Shown here: positions 42,260 to 60,286 of the stretch, one piece after another
Numbering within the stretch: position 1 is the stretch's first letter
How the letters are laid out: each line of letters opens with the position of its first letter
Assembly: GCA_038131935.1 (NCBI GenBank)
Contig: JAYPQH010000027.1
Location: 19,376 to 83,375 of the forward strand
From: Alphaproteobacteria bacterium
GTDB taxonomy: Bacteria > Pseudomonadota > Alphaproteobacteria > UBA8317
Length of the DNA stretch: 64,000 bases
Direction: 5' to 3'
Notes under the pieces: generated by a model
Database searches by the model: none
The model's input: the letters and a program-made list of their open reading frames with translations, nothing else
What the model was told of the DNA's origin: nothing
Position numbers and translations under genes: made by a program

Positions 42260-43195
42260 ATGACACTCAATAAGATTTTGATGACATCAGAGGATCATAT
42301 AAAAATAGAAGAATTTAAAGATCTGTCTTCGTTACAGTTGGTTCCGCGTGGGTGGTAAAGCAAGATGGTTCGCGCAATTGCAGGATGAGAAGGCGTTGCA
42401 TAGATTATGGGAAGTGAAACCGGAGTCTGTCCCGGTTACCCATCTCGGCGCGGGATCTAACGTAATTGTCCGTGATGGTGGAATCGATGGTCTTGTGGTT
42501 CGTCTAGGGCGTGGCTTTCGAGAGATAGAGCAACTCTCAAGTTCACAAATACGTGTTGGTGCAGGTAATCTTTGTGCTCAAGTTGCCGGTAAGGCTCAAC
42601 GCATGGGCCTATCTGGTGTGGAATATCTTGCCACAATTCCAGGCACAATTGGTGGTGCAACGGTCATGAATGCTGGCGCTTATGGTGGCAGTTTTCATGA
42701 ACGGGTGGTTTCAGTGGAAGGGATCAATGCAAATGGGGTTATCGTAACCTTGACGCCCCAAGATATCCAAGCAGGCTATCGTTGTACAAATATTCCAACT
42801 GATGTCTTGGTGACCCATGTGGTCTTGGATTTAGAGCCAGGAAACCCTGACGTCATTACAAGACAAATTGATCATTTTATCGAGCAACGCAAAAAAACTC
42901 AGCCTATTAGGGCTAAAACAGGTGGCTCTACGTTTAAAAACCCTGTCCCCCTCAATGGCGGTGAGATCAAAAGGCTTGGCAACTTGTTGATGAAGCTGGT
43001 TGCAGGGGGCTTTATCACAAAGGTATCAGGGTAAGTGAAAAACATTGTAATTTTTTAATTAACGAAGATGCCACATCTGCCAATGCGATCGAAGAGCTTG
43101 GAGACATGGTGCGAGACAGGGTATACCAGCAGTCAGGTGTTCGTTTGGAATGGGAGATCAAACGACTTGGGTCTAAGCAGGAGGGAAAGTTGTGA
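42260..43195 (+). CDS. murB: UDP-N-acetylenolpyruvoylglucosamine reductase MurB (two frameshifts near 42332 and 42970, probably sequencing errors)
   Basis: [61 protein letters not shown] and LEWEI lie in the shifted frame ending at TGA 43193-43195. Confidence 0.92.
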
Positions 43196-44100
43196 ACCCG
43201 CAAAAAGTCATAGTCCTGCTTGGTGGAACATCATCAGAAAAAGAGGTTTCGTTGGTCAGTGGACATGCCTGTGCAGATGCATTGAGACGATTAGGGCATG
43301 ATGTAACTGTGTTTGATCCTGGTATAGAGCATATCGGTAATTTGCTGCAGCATCGGCCTGCAATTGTTTTTAATGCGCTACATGGCGTGCCCGGGGAAGA
43401 TGGGGTTGTTCAGGGGCTGCTTGAAACACTAGGGTTTGCCTACACGCATTCAGGCGTCAACGCCTCATCCGTATGTATGAACAAATACCAAAGTCGTGAA
43501 TTGTTGCGTGCTGCAGGTTTAAACGTAGCACATGCAGTTCGCGGACGTTGGGAAGATCTTGTAAACGAACCTCATCTACCATTTCCATTTGTTCTTAAAC
43601 CTGTCTGTGATGGATCAAGTGTGGGGGTCTACATCATCAAAGATGGTCATGATTGGCAGCATTTGGATCGGTTTGCCCAGGCCAGTGATGCAGATTTTTT
43701 ATGTGAAGCATTTATTGATGGTCCTGAATATACCGTTGCGGTCTTGGGTGGTCGGGCTTTGGAGGTGACGGAAATATCCGTTCAAAAAGGATTTTATGAT
43801 TACCAGGCCAAATATGCACCAGGTGGATCGAAACATACATGTCCTGCAATCATATCACCGGCTTTGCGTGATGAATGCATGAAGGCCGCCGAGCTTGCTC
43901 ATCATGCTCTTGGTTGTCGAGGTGTCAGCCGTACAGATTTTCGTTTTGACTCCATCCGCCAACAACTCCAAGTTTTAGAAATAAATACCCAACCAGGAAT
44001 GACACCAACTTCACTGGTACCTGAGCAAGCTGAGTATGTAGGCATGGGATTTGATCAACTCGTGGCGTGGATTTTGGAGGATGCTTCATGTCAAAGATAG
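43192..44100 (+). CDS. ddl: D-alanine--D-alanine ligase
   Basis: [23 protein letters not shown]...[32 protein letters not shown]. Confidence 0.96.
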   Translation: MNPQKVIVLLGGTSSEKEVSLVSGHACADALRRLGHDVTVFDPGIEHIGNLLQHRPAIVFNALHGVPGEDGVVQGLLETLGFAYTHSGVNASSVCMNKYQSRELLRAAGLNVAHAVRGRWEDLVNEPHLPFPFVLKPVCDGSSVGVYIIKDGHDWQHLDRFAQASDADFLCEAFIDGPEYTVAVLGGRALEVTEISVQKGFYDYQAKYAPGGSKHTCPAIISPALRDECMKAAELAHHALGCRGVSRTDFRFDSIRQQLQVLEINTQPGMTPTSLVPEQAEYVGMGFDQLVAWILEDASCQR

Positions 44101-44927
44101 GTCCAGAACATGTCTCAGGATATGGAATGACCCGTGTGCGACGCATACTGCGACGTCCATTATATTACTGGGGTTTGCGTGCATTTCTTGTCATCTGTCT
44201 TTGCGTTTCTTCGTGGCTTTTGATCACCGTGCCCTCATGGACAACCATCTATGAGCAGCAGATGCAGTTGGTTGAAAATTACCTTGCAGATCGCCATGAA
44301 TTGCGACTGCGAAAAGTTCTCATACATGGCCGACGTGATATGTCCATGGCAACTCTATTGGAGGTTATGAAGGTCGAAGAAGATGCACCTTTGTTCCGTG
44401 TTCAGACTGAAGCAATTGAGGCAAGGCTGCAACAGCATCCTGTGATCAAATATGCTCGTGTTCAATTTTTACCACCCGATACATTGGAGGTCGCTGTTGA
44501 AGAGCGTATGCCCATAGGGGTTTGGAGTCATCAAGGCGCTTGGCGGGTGTTTTCAAGAGATGGAACAATCCTTGGCGATATGTCATACAAATACGAACCA
44601 TTACCTCGGTTTGCTGGAGATGGAGCCGCGGATCAAGCGCATGAGCTCATAGATCATTTGATTGTTTATCCCGAGTTAATGAAAAGGCTTGAAGTAGCCA
44701 TTAGGGTTGGAAAGCGTCGATGGACACTGAGATTGTCACCTGGGGTAGATATTTACCTGCCTGAGAAAAATTTGGGAAATGCTTTGACAGAATTGTCTCT
44801 GCTGCAGCAACGTGACGGTGTGTTGGATAGGGATGTGGCTGTTATTGATGCAAGGTTGTCAGACCGATGGTACTTGCGCCTAGATGATGGTGTGCGTGTT
44901 CAACTATTGCCCGGGGGGAATGCTTAA
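44088..44927 (+). CDS. ftsQ: Cell division protein FtsQ
   Basis: TM segment plus POTRA (LPPDTLEVAVEER), RRWTL, IDARL. Position in the dcw cluster; GGAGG RBS. Confidence 0.9.
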   Translation: MSKIGPEHVSGYGMTRVRRILRRPLYYWGLRAFLVICLCVSSWLLITVPSWTTIYEQQMQLVENYLADRHELRLRKVLIHGRRDMSMATLLEVMKVEEDAPLFRVQTEAIEARLQQHPVIKYARVQFLPPDTLEVAVEERMPIGVWSHQGAWRVFSRDGTILGDMSYKYEPLPRFAGDGAADQAHELIDHLIVYPELMKRLEVAIRVGKRRWTLRLSPGVDIYLPEKNLGNALTELSLLQQRDGVLDRDVAVIDARLSDRWYLRLDDGVRVQLLPGGNA

Positions 44928-46191
44928 GTGATGATGCGCAACGTAAAATCAGGTGTCATCGCTGTTCTTGATCTTGGAGCAACCCACATTGGTTGTGCGG
45001 TTGCCCGTGTCGTGCGTGATGGACCCATGTCTGCCCCATCCATCCATGTTTTGGGGGCTTCTCACGTTGAAAGCCAAGGGGTGGGGGCAACAGGAATCAC
45101 TGATTTAAAGTCAGCGGAAAAAGCTATCCGCATAGCCATAGATTCAGCTGAGAAACGTGCAGAAGTAACTTTAGATAGCATTGTGGTCGGTGCAAATATA
45201 GGTCGCCCCACAGCACGTCTGGTGACAACCGAAATTGATATGGTGGGTAAAGCTGTTGGAACGCGTGAGTTGAACGCGTTAGAAAATCATGCCCGTCGAG
45301 ATGGTCAGGAAGAGCGTTTAAAGCTGCTACATTTCAATCGACGTTATTACATAGGTGATAACGAAGATATTCTGCAGGACCCCTTAGGTATTCGGGTTGG
45401 GGTTTTGGCCGCAGAGCATTGTTTGGTGGAAGTGGAAGCACATGCTTGGGCGAATTTACAGGCATGTGGAAAGTACACATCTTAAGCTTCAGCAGCCAGT
45501 TTTGGCCACGATGGCGGCTGCGGCGGCTTCCGTTAGCGAAGATGAATTTGAACAGGGTGTGATTTGTATTGATATGGGAGGGGCTGCAACGGCATTCGCT
45601 CTTTATTGTGATGGTGCTATACAAACCGTTGGCCAAGTGCGTGTTGGGGCACATCACATCACACGTGATATTTCTCTAGGTTTAAACATTACTATTGAGG
45701 ATGCTGAACGCCTGAAAATGATGAATGGGAATGCGATGGCGAACCCACTTTATGGCGGTGGTGATGTGGATGCTACACTGCATGCACGTCCAGTAGGCGG
45801 CGGTGGGATGGATGTACCTATTCGCCAACATGATCTCAATCAGATTCTTTGTGCACGGGTCGATGAAATTTTAGATTTGCTAGAGACAGAGTTTGATGGA
45901 GCATTGCATAACGGAAGGGTCCGTAATATCGTCATAACTGGTGGTGGTGCGCGACTCAATGGCATGGAACTTTTGATGCAAAATCGTTTTGGCGTTCCTG
46001 TTAGGCTTGGCCGACCCCAAGTGATTCGTGGTATGCCTGAAGTGTTAAGTGGTCCTAGTGGGTGCGTGTTGACAGGATTGCTCCTGGCTGTGGCTGACAC
46101 AAACCAAGCCAAGCGTGCAGGTTTGGTTATGCCTGAGGACCTGGGGGTCTTTGGAAGATTGAAGCATTGGTGGTCTGAAAATTTCTATTGA
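44928..46191 (+). CDS. ftsA: Cell division protein FtsA (frameshift near 45467, probably a sequencing error)
   Basis: [42 protein letters not shown]-terminal amphipathic [10 protein letters not shown]. Restoring GT in the TGTG repeat joins the frames. Confidence 0.93.
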
Positions 46192-46222
46192 TCGCAGTGA
46201 CCTAAAAAGTTGGAGAGTAAGC

Positions 46223-47941
46223 ATGGTGAATTTAAATGTGGTTGAGCCTCAAGAATTAAAGCCACGAATTACCGTGTTCGGTGTAGGTGGTGCAGGGGGT
46301 AATGCTGTAAACAACATGATCCGCTCGGAGTTGTTGGGCGTGGAATTCGTGGTTGCAAACACCGATGCGCAAGCTCTCGCATTATCAGAAGCTGAACATC
46401 GAATCCAACTTGGGCGCGAGGTAACACAAGGTCTCGGGGCTGGCTCTAAGCCCGAGGTTGGCATGTCGGCCGCAGAAGAATCTATGGCCCAAATTGAAAG
46501 TTACCTGGACGGCATTCATATGTGTTTTATCACGGCAGGAATGGGAGGTGGGACTGGCACAGGCGCTGCACCTGTGATTGCAAAAGCCGCTAAAGATCGC
46601 AATATTCTTACCGTTGCTGTTGTGACAAAACCCTTTCTTTTTGAGGGCCGGAAACGAATGAAGGCTGCCGACATGGGATTGGAAAAATTGGCAGCTGTGG
46701 TGGATATTCTTGTGGTTATCCCCAATCAAAATCTATTTCGGGTTGCCAACGCGCAAACATCTCTTTTGGAGGCATTCAAACTGGCGGATGACGTCCTTCA
46801 CGCCGGCGTACGCTCTATTACCGATTTGATGATCATGCCTGGTTTGATCAACCTTGACTTCAATGATGTCAGGACCGTGATGGAGGGCATGGGAAAAGCT
46901 GTTATGGGTACAGGCATGGCCGAAGGTGAGGGGCGGGCTCGGAAGGCAGCTGAAGCAGCAGTTTCCAACCCCTTGCTGGACGATGTGTCTTTGATGGGGG
47001 CAAAAGGTGTGCTTATCAATATCACAGGAGGTCCAGATTTAAGCCTCATGGAGGTTGAAGAAGCGGCAGAATTTATCCGCAATGAGGTGGATGAAGATGC
47101 AGAAATTATTTTGGGCTCAACCCATGATGAAGCGCTTCTAGGCGTGATGCGTGTGGCTGTCGTAGCCACAGGCTTGGGTGATGAGGTGCCAGCTAAGGCT
47201 GTTACAACGCCACCAGCGTCACCCATATCTCAAACCAACATACCTCAGCAAACAACCACAATGGGGCAAATGGCTTCGCCATCATTATCTGCAGCAAAAA
47301 ACCAAGAGGCAGAGGCCATGATGACAACAAGCACGGCAGTTTCCAATCATCAAGAGCCGGAGCCCGCAGCACAGTCTCCCATCAAACCCTCTGTGCAGGA
47401 AGATCAAGTGATCACCGCTGCGGACATGGACCAGGATGACACTGTCCATCAAGTTAACTTAGATCAAATGAAACATCATGGTGAGGAGCAGATTGCAGGT
47501 ACTGCATCCACCCAAGCTCCAGCTCCTCAAGCAACAACAGAATTAATGTCAGCCCGATTGGCCCGTGAGCATCAAGCCGCGGGACGGGAGCGTTCTGGTA
47601 TGCAACAAACAACGAGGCCGCATCCATTGGCTGAACGTTATGGTCGTGCTGCCCCAGAAATGCCCACAACGCAGCGTATGGATGAAGGAACAGAGCTTCC
47701 AAGAACATCAGTAACAGGTGAAATGGGAAGGCTCATCGGTGGAATCTTTGGTTTGCGAAAAACATTAACCTCACAGACAGCTCCGAAGACAGGTAGTACG
47801 GAGCCTCCCTCGGATGGGGGTGGTTCCGAATCAGTAACCCGAAAAGAGCCCCCTAGGGCACGGACTTCTAGGGTAAGCCGGCAAGAGGATAACCCAGATC
47901 AACTTGAGATACCCGCATTTCTGCGTCGTCGAGACGAGTAA
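46223..47941 (+). CDS. ftsZ: Cell division protein FtsZ with a long C-terminal linker
   Basis: [35 protein letters not shown]-terminal LEIPAFLRR. Confidence 0.98.
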   Translation: MVNLNVVEPQELKPRITVFGVGGAGGNAVNNMIRSELLGVEFVVANTDAQALALSEAEHRIQLGREVTQGLGAGSKPEVGMSAAEESMAQIESYLDGIHMCFITAGMGGGTGTGAAPVIAKAAKDRNILTVAVVTKPFLFEGRKRMKAADMGLEKLAAVVDILVVIPNQNLFRVANAQTSLLEAFKLADDVLHAGVRSITDLMIMPGLINLDFNDVRTVMEGMGKAVMGTGMAEGEGRARKAAEAAVSNPLLDDVSLMGAKGVLINITGGPDLSLMEVEEAAEFIRNEVDEDAEIILGSTHDEALLGVMRVAVVATGLGDEVPAKAVTTPPASPISQTNIPQQTTTMGQMASPSLSAAKNQEAEAMMTTSTAVSNHQEPEPAAQSPIKPSVQEDQVITAADMDQDDTVHQVNLDQMKHHGEEQIAGTASTQAPAPQATTELMSARLAREHQAAGRERSGMQQTTRPHPLAERYGRAAPEMPTTQRMDEGTELPRTSVTGEMGRLIGGIFGLRKTLTSQTAPKTGSTEPPSDGGGSESVTRKEPPRARTSRVSRQEDNPDQLEIPAFLRRRDE

Positions 47942-48100
47942 ATTGCTGTGGTTTAAGCACGCTTGGGTTCGGATGTAAGCCTTTTTCATCTGTTTCAGGT
48001 GCGTTTATCCTTGTTTGTTACAAAAACTTACAAATGCTCTCTTTTCAGAGCTTGGTCTGCTCAAGTAACGCTAGAAGTATGATAAAACATAGGATTTTAC

Positions 48101-49015
48101 ATGCGACTGCAAACAACCCTGAATGAAGAAATCACATTACGTGGCGTTGGATTACATACAGGCAATCCAGCTGAAGTTACGTTGCGTCCGGCGCAAACTG
48201 GTTCTGGTATTCGGTTTGTCCGGGAGATAGCCGGTCAATATGTTATTGTTCCCGCGCACTTCTCCCATGTTACGGAGACCACATTATGCACGACGCTTTG
48301 TGTTGATGCTCCTCAACAAGGTTCAGCTTCAGTAAAAACAGTAGAGCATCTCATGGCCGCATTACATGTATGCGGTGTTGATAATATCGATGTCTTTCTT
48401 CCACAACAGGAAGTACCGATCATGGATGGTTCATCGGCCTGTTTTGTTGACGCTATTTTGAAGGTTGGCTTGCGTCATCTCAATTCTGTTGCCCGCCAAT
48501 GGGTGGTGACGAAAACGGTAGAGATTAGAGATGGAGCACGTTACGCAAGCTTGAAGCCTCATCCTTGTTTTGCCTTAGATTTTACCATTGTGTATGAAGA
48601 TACGATCATTGGCACGCAAAAAATATCTGTGGATGAATTTGATGATCTCCTGACTCAAGTGATGCCAGCGCGGACATTCGGTTTGTTGCGTGATGTTGAA
48701 ATGTTGAAGGCCCATAACCTTGCTCGTGGTGGTTCCCTGGATAATGCAGTTGTTGTGGGGGATGATGGCGTCCTAAATCCAGAAGGTCTTCGTTACGAAG
48801 ATGAATTTGTCCGACATAAAATTTTGGACGCTATTGGTGATTTGGCCCTGGCAGGTGCGCCTATCCGTGGTCGCTATGAAGGTGTGAGAGCCGGTCACGA
48901 ATTGAATAATTTGTTGTTGCGTAAAGCTTTTGATACCCCTGGCGCCATGCAGTTGGCACAATATTCAGAAGGTGCAAGTAGGAATCCTGTTGCCGCCATG
49001 CCATTGGCCATTTAA
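48101..49015 (+). CDS. lpxC: UDP-3-O-acyl-GlcNAc deacetylase LpxC
   Basis: GVGLHTG, TVEHLMAAL, EVPIMDGS, ARTFG, GGSLDNA, HKILDAIGDL. Confidence 0.97.
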   Translation: MRLQTTLNEEITLRGVGLHTGNPAEVTLRPAQTGSGIRFVREIAGQYVIVPAHFSHVTETTLCTTLCVDAPQQGSASVKTVEHLMAALHVCGVDNIDVFLPQQEVPIMDGSSACFVDAILKVGLRHLNSVARQWVVTKTVEIRDGARYASLKPHPCFALDFTIVYEDTIIGTQKISVDEFDDLLTQVMPARTFGLLRDVEMLKAHNLARGGSLDNAVVVGDDGVLNPEGLRYEDEFVRHKILDAIGDLALAGAPIRGRYEGVRAGHELNNLLLRKAFDTPGAMQLAQYSEGASRNPVAAMPLAI

Positions 49016-49079
49016 GCTTAGACTTGGCCGAACATGCGGGATTGGGTAAGACATCCTTCTGCAGTGAACTGGGGAGGGA

Positions 49080-49898
49080 ATGCCAGTGAAATTTCGGGCA
49101 AATCAATTGATCGGTATGATGCTTGTCAGCATGCTGATGGGATGTTCAGAGGTAACGCTTCAACCTGAAATTGAAGCTGAAATACCTGTTGAAATATTGT
49201 ACAATCAAGCCCTTGATGCTGACCTTGCCAACCAGCATGACAAAGCATTGGAATTGTTCGCAGAGGTCGAGCGCCAACATCCTTATTCTTCGTGGTCAAG
49301 GCGCTCGATTATCATGGCAGCCTATGCAGCTTTTAAACAAAAAGACTACATGCGTACCTTGGCAGATACCAGGCGATATATAGAGCTATATCCTGGGGCT
49401 CCTGACATTCCTTATGCACTCTACCTCATGGGTATGGCTCATTACGAACAAATTGAGGCCGTAGATCGCGATCAAACAAGTACCGTTGATGCCTTGCGGA
49501 TCTTCAATACGGTTATTTCACGCTATCCAGAGAGTGATTATGCTCTAGATGCAAAGCTTAAGAGGGACCTATTATGGGACCATCTAGCCGGTAAAGAAAT
49601 GGTCATAGGACGTTATTATCTTGAGCGTAATTATTTTGGACCAGCTTCCAATCGTTTTTCCGAGGTGATTAAACGTTATCAGACGTCATCACATACCCCG
49701 GAGGCATTGTACCGATTGATAGAATGTTACCTAGCCTTAGGATTACGCGAAGAGGCCCGGCGTGTGGGTTCAATATTGGCCTATAATGCTTCAGATACCC
49801 CATGGTATAATCGTGGGATGACGCTTTTAGAGGGAAAAATTGAACCTCCCAAAGGTTTGGTGGATGATATTGCAAAATATCTTGGTTTCCGTGACTGA
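49080..49898 (+). CDS. bamD: Outer membrane protein assembly lipoprotein BamD
   Basis: Lipobox LMGC, EVERQHPYS, RDQ, YPESDYA.DA, LAGKEMVIGRYY, EALYRL. Confidence 0.94.
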   Translation: MPVKFRANQLIGMMLVSMLMGCSEVTLQPEIEAEIPVEILYNQALDADLANQHDKALELFAEVERQHPYSSWSRRSIIMAAYAAFKQKDYMRTLADTRRYIELYPGAPDIPYALYLMGMAHYEQIEAVDRDQTSTVDALRIFNTVISRYPESDYALDAKLKRDLLWDHLAGKEMVIGRYYLERNYFGPASNRFSEVIKRYQTSSHTPEALYRLIECYLALGLREEARRVGSILAYNASDTPWYNRGMTLLEGKIEPPKGLVDDIAKYLGFRD

Positions 49899-49916
49899 AG
49901 GGGAAAGCATTCTATC

Positions 49917-55438
<5,522 letters not shown>

Positions 55439-55442
<4 letters not shown>

Positions 55443-56333
55443 GGTTTCTCCAATGTCAAAATACTCCAATCACCCTGCTTTTGGCGTGTGAGCAGTCGCA
55501 AGCCAACGCTTTGATAGGCGGCAAGAACCCTACGAAATTGCCAATGAAGGAGGCCTGCTAAGATCAATTGGCCGCCTGGTGTCATGACATGAACAATATC
55601 TTTTGCCATGGCAATCAAAGGATTGGCGAGGATATTCGCTGTGATCAAATCAAAAGGAGCTGAGGATTGAATGGCTCTATGTTGTGTGCCTGCAGCATGG
55701 TGAAGCCTGATGCGTTGGTAACCATTAAGATCGAGTGTTTGTCTGGCAAACCGTACAGATAGGTGATCGATATCGCTGGCAATAACACGCCCAGAAAATA
55801 GCCGCGCTGCTGCCATGGCCAAAATACCCGTGCCGGTGCCTACATCAAGGATATGTTTTGGTCTAAAGCCACTTTGATGAACCTTTTCAAGCGCCAATAA
55901 ACATCCCAACGTGGTATCATGATGTCCGGTGCCAAAGGCTAAACCAGCCTCTACCTGGAGAGGATAAAAGCCTTTGGGTAACTCATTGCGTAAATGCGCC
56001 CCATGAATAACGAACCGTTTGGAGGTAACGATAGGAAGGGTTCTTAGTGACTCCGTAACCCAATCACGGTCTCGTAATACTTCTACCTTGACCTCCAAAT
56101 TGGAGGGAAACCCAAGGCCTGCTAACAAAAGTGCCATTTCATGGGCTGCTACAGGGTGATCATACAAGCATTCTATATGGCCTAAGTCCGCCATGGATCC
56201 AGTTGGATTTGGGCTTTCGGCGATTTCCCCAGTTGCGACACTCAAGGGTTTTGTCTCCCGCTCCAGACAATCTGCAACATCAGCTTCTATGCTGAGGGGT
56301 GATTGAACATAAAGAGCGCCAAAAATCAGACAT
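55439..56333 (-). CDS. prmA: Ribosomal protein L11 methyltransferase PrmA (frameshift near 56320, probably a sequencing error)
   Basis: AGLAFGTGHH.TT, LDVGTGTGILA, ANILANPL. The likely ATG 56333 overlaps the uvrD stop and is one base out of frame with ORF 55439..56245. Confidence 0.9.
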
Positions 56334-58540
56334 TAATTCCCCACTTTCTCAAGAAAAGCCCCCATGACCTTTTTTTGGCCTGCTTTGTCAAATGAAACTT
56401 CAACAGCTTGTCCGTCTAAGGCTAAGATTTCACCGTAACCAAATTTTTGATGAAATACACGCATACCAATGGCATGAGAAGGGCTATCATCATCAAAAAC
56501 GGGCATTTGTGATGGAGGGCGGCGGACGGGGTTTGCTTTCATTCTTTGCCAGCCTGGTCCACCAAACCTTGTAGGAAGGGCTGTTCCAGATTGATGCCAG
56601 CTGCCCAATTGTTGTGTTTCAGGGGCTGTAACCAAAATATTTTCAGGAGGAATTTCATCGATGAAACGTGAAGGAATGGCGGGTTGCCATTGCCCCCATG
56701 TGCGTCGGTTGGCAGTGGTGGAGATCATGGCTCGCAGTCTTGCTCTTGTAAGACCAACATAGGCTAGTCGTCTCTCTTCCTCTAAGCCACGGTTGCCTAG
56801 TTCATCCAACGTGCGTTGGGAGGGAAATAGACCCTCTTCCCAACCTGGGAGGAAAACATTGTCGAACTCTAATCCTTTTGCCCCATGCAAAGTCATGATG
56901 GTAACTTTATCAGGATTGTCATCGCGTTCGTTATCCATAACCAGAGATACATGCTCTAAAAAACCAGCCATGGTTTGAAATTCTTCAAGTCCACGAACCA
57001 ATTCTTTCAAATTTTCCAGGCGGCCATGGGCTTCAGCTGTTTTCTCATTCTTAAGCATTTCTGTGTAGCCAGACTCATCAAGGATCATGCTGGCGAGGTT
57101 GATATGGTCCATATCCTGTGATTGCTGTCTCCAACGCCGGATAAGATCAACAAATGCCCCAAGTGCTTGCCGAGGTTTGCTCCCTATCTCATCGCTATTG
57201 GCCATAACATCAGCTGCATCCAGCAAGCTCATTTGTGATGCACGTGCCAGTCGGTTTAATTTTTGAATGGTTGTACTGCCAATGCCGCGCTTGGGTCGAT
57301 TGACGATGCGTTCAAAAGCGAGGTCGTCTCGTGGTTGTGCAACCAAGCGAAAATACGCAGGCATCACGGATCTCGAGGCCGCTCATAAAAACGAGGTCCG
57401 CCAATGTAACACGATAGGATATCGCCTGGTTTAAGAACCTCTCTTCAATATCCCTCATTTGTGAAGATGCCCGCACCAAGACAGCCATCTGTGATCTTGA
57501 GACACCTTGCTCTTGGAGCTGATGGATTGCATCACCAATAGCGCGAGCTTCTTCCGAAGAATCCCAATGACTGGTGATCCTGATAGGTTCCCCCAACTCA
57601 TCTTCTGTCCATAAACTTTTACCCAACCGCTCACGGTTGCAGTCAATCAGTCCTCCAGCTGCTTGTAATATATGTCCCTTGGAACGGTAATTTTGCTCAA
57701 GGCGAATGATTTCAGCTCCAGGAAAATCACGTTCAAACCGTAAAATATTGCCTACCTCGGCACCACGCCAACCGTAAATCGACTGATCATCATCCCCCAC
57801 ACAGGCAAGATTAGGTTGCTCGGGGCAAAGAAGTCTAAGCCATAAATATTGCGCAACATTTGTATCTTGATATTCATCCACCATGAGATAGCGGAGCATA
57901 GATCGATATTGTTGGCGAATATCGTCATGATCTCTCAGTAAGGTAATGGCATGCAACAACAGGTCACCAAAATCTGTTGCATTGAGTGTACTTAATCTTT
58001 GTTGATAGGCTTGATAGAGCTCTGGCGATCTTCCTTGAGCAAAATCATCGACATCTTCAGCTTGAACATCTTTGGGTGCAAGGCCGCGATTTTTCCAACG
58101 ATCAACCATATGAGCGAAGGTGCGTGCGGGATATTTCTTTTCATCAATATTTTCTGCATCAAGAAGTTGTTTGATTAAGCGCAACTGGTCATCGCCGTCT
58201 AAAATGGTATAGTCAGGTTGCAGTCCTATCCGCTCCGCATGCCTGCGCAACATTTTGGCGCAGATAGCATGAAAGGTTCCTAAAAAAAAAAGCCCTCGAC
58301 AGATTGTCCCACCATATTGGCCACGCGCTCTTGCATTTCACGAGCGGCGCGATTGGTAAATGTAACGGCCAAAATTTGGCCTGGATGCGCCAATCTTAAT
58401 GCCAAAATATGGGCAATGCGTGTGGTGAGAACCCTGGTTTTACCTGTGCCGGCACCTGCTAGCACCAACAGGGGGCCTTCGGTTTGCTCCACTGCTTCAC
58501 GCTGTTGTGGGTTCAGATCACGAAGATAGGGTGTGGACAT
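56333..58540 (-). CDS. uvrD: ATP-dependent DNA helicase UvrD/PcrA (several indels: T10 run near 58285, noisy stretch 57355-57410)
   Basis: [64 protein letters not shown]-terminal FHQKFGYG, spread over three frames. Confidence 0.93.
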
Positions 58541-58646
58541 TATCACCTCTTGATTACACCGGAGTGGTTGCTTTCGGGTCATAGAAACGTTTATCGATTC
58601 GTATGATGGTTCATTCAACCTATTGAGACAACCGTGGGAGGAAAAA

Positions 58647-60032
58647 ATGGGGTATGAAGAGCGTTCTGAAGAGACGTGGCTGGCTGCCTTGAAACAAGTC
58701 ATCGGCGAGCGTATCACGCAAAATCCAAGTATTTTGGAGCAGCATAGCAAAGATGAAAGTTTTCATACGCCGAGACTTCCAGCAGCGGTTGCCTTTGCAG
58801 AGAGTACCGAGGAGGTGCAGAAAATATTATCCATCTGCCATGAATTCCGTCGACCAGTCATTGGCTTTGGTGCGGGGAGTTCTTTAGAGGGGCATGTTGT
58901 ACCGACTTTAGATAAGACGGTGCTAACCCTAGACTTAACGGGTATGAACAAAATTTTAGAAGTTCATCAAGAAGATCTTGACGTGGTTGTGCAAGCAGGA
59001 GTGACGCGAAAGCAATTGAACAACCATCTTCGTGATACAGGACTGTTCTTTCCAGTTGATCCTGGTGCGGATGCAACCATAGGGGGCATGGCTGCCACAC
59101 GCGCTTCAGGAACCAATGCTGTTAGATATGGTACCATGAGGGAAAATATTCTTAACCTCACGGCCGTTTTGGCGGATGGACGTGTCATCAAAACGGGTCA
59201 AAGAGCGCGCAAGTCATCAGCAGGGTATGATTTAACCAGATTGCTTGTGGGCTCAGAGGGGACATTGGGTATCATTACTGAGGCCACCCTCCGGCTGCAT
59301 GGTATTCCAGAGAGTTTGATGGCAGCAGTGGCGCGCTTTGATACACTTGAAGGGGCTGTTAACACCGTCATTGACACCCTACATTGTGGTCTCGCTGTCG
59401 GACGAATTGAATTGTTGGATGAATTGCAAATCCGTGCAGTAAATCAATATTCTCAGACGAATTATGCAGAGACACCAACATTGTTCCTGGAATTCCAGGG
59501 AAGTCCATCGCATGTTGAAGCTGATGCAGCTATGTTCGGTGAATTGGCTGAAGCTCATGGTTTGATGGATATAACCTACGGTAAAAAAGAGGAAGAACGT
59601 CGAGATTTGTGGCAGGCGAGGCATAATGTTTGGTACGCCAATCGTACATTAAGACCAGGTACGAAGGGCTGGGCGACTGACGTCTGCGTGCCTATTTCGC
59701 ATTTGGCAGAATGTATTTTGAAAACACGTGAGGATGTTGACGCTTCTGGTTTGATTGCTCCCATTGTGGGCCATGTTGGTGATGGAAACTTTCATTTGTC
59801 CATTATGTTAGACCCAGATGACAAGGAAGAGGTGGCAAAGGCTTATGCATTAAATGACCGCCTTGTGACGCGCGCGTTAGAGATGGAAGGAACATGTACC
59901 GGTGAGCATGGTGTTGGAGAAGGAAAGATTGCAGCTCTTCGGCAGGAATTAGGAGATGCTGTGGATGTGATGGTCGCAATCAAAAAAGCCCTTGACCCTC
60001 ACAACATCCTTAATCCTGGGAAGATTTTTTAA
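58647..60032 (+). CDS. FAD-linked oxidase, D-lactate dehydrogenase (cytochrome)/GlcD family
   Basis: [56 protein letters not shown]. Confidence 0.92.
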   Translation: MGYEERSEETWLAALKQVIGERITQNPSILEQHSKDESFHTPRLPAAVAFAESTEEVQKILSICHEFRRPVIGFGAGSSLEGHVVPTLDKTVLTLDLTGMNKILEVHQEDLDVVVQAGVTRKQLNNHLRDTGLFFPVDPGADATIGGMAATRASGTNAVRYGTMRENILNLTAVLADGRVIKTGQRARKSSAGYDLTRLLVGSEGTLGIITEATLRLHGIPESLMAAVARFDTLEGAVNTVIDTLHCGLAVGRIELLDELQIRAVNQYSQTNYAETPTLFLEFQGSPSHVEADAAMFGELAEAHGLMDITYGKKEEERRDLWQARHNVWYANRTLRPGTKGWATDVCVPISHLAECILKTREDVDASGLIAPIVGHVGDGNFHLSIMLDPDDKEEVAKAYALNDRLVTRALEMEGTCTGEHGVGEGKIAALRQELGDAVDVMVAIKKALDPHNILNPGKIF

Positions 60033-60282
60033 GCATCTTTATGGCGTCTTGCAGATTTTTGATCACCGCGATCCGCAGATGACATGAAAGGCCGACTTGG
60101 ATAGCATCGCGAACCCTGTTGTTGTCGACCTCTGCAATGAAGGCAGCCAAGCTTACTTGTTTGCCTTCTGCCATGCGTTGCAATTCATCCCAAAAAGGTT
60201 GCTCGAGTGAGACGGACGTTCGGTGTCCATGAATGGTCACCGAACGCTTAATAGGGCGTAAATCTTGCTTTTTAGGCCCCAT
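60010..60282 (-). CDS. Ribbon-helix-helix domain protein (RHH_4-like)
   Basis: KRSVTIHGHRTSVSLEQPFW..L, S..LR motif. Directly follows fumC. Confidence 0.85.
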   Translation of the reverse strand: MGPKKQDLRPIKRSVTIHGHRTSVSLEQPFWDELQRMAEGKQVSLAAFIAEVDNNRVRDAIQVGLSCHLRIAVIKNLQDAIKMLKKSSQD

Positions 60283-60286
60283 ATGC

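Noticed and set aside
38654-46191. Pseudogenisation or programmed frameshifting of dcw genes (ftsW, murB, ftsA)
   Set aside because: All catalytic motifs are intact, the breaks fall at short homopolymer or dinucleotide runs, and the same pattern affects unrelated genes across the window.
58280-58300. Stop-codon reassignment (TAG in uvrD)
   Set aside because: The downstream homology continues in a different frame, so this is an indel and not readthrough. TAA, TAG and TGA all terminate intact genes in this window.
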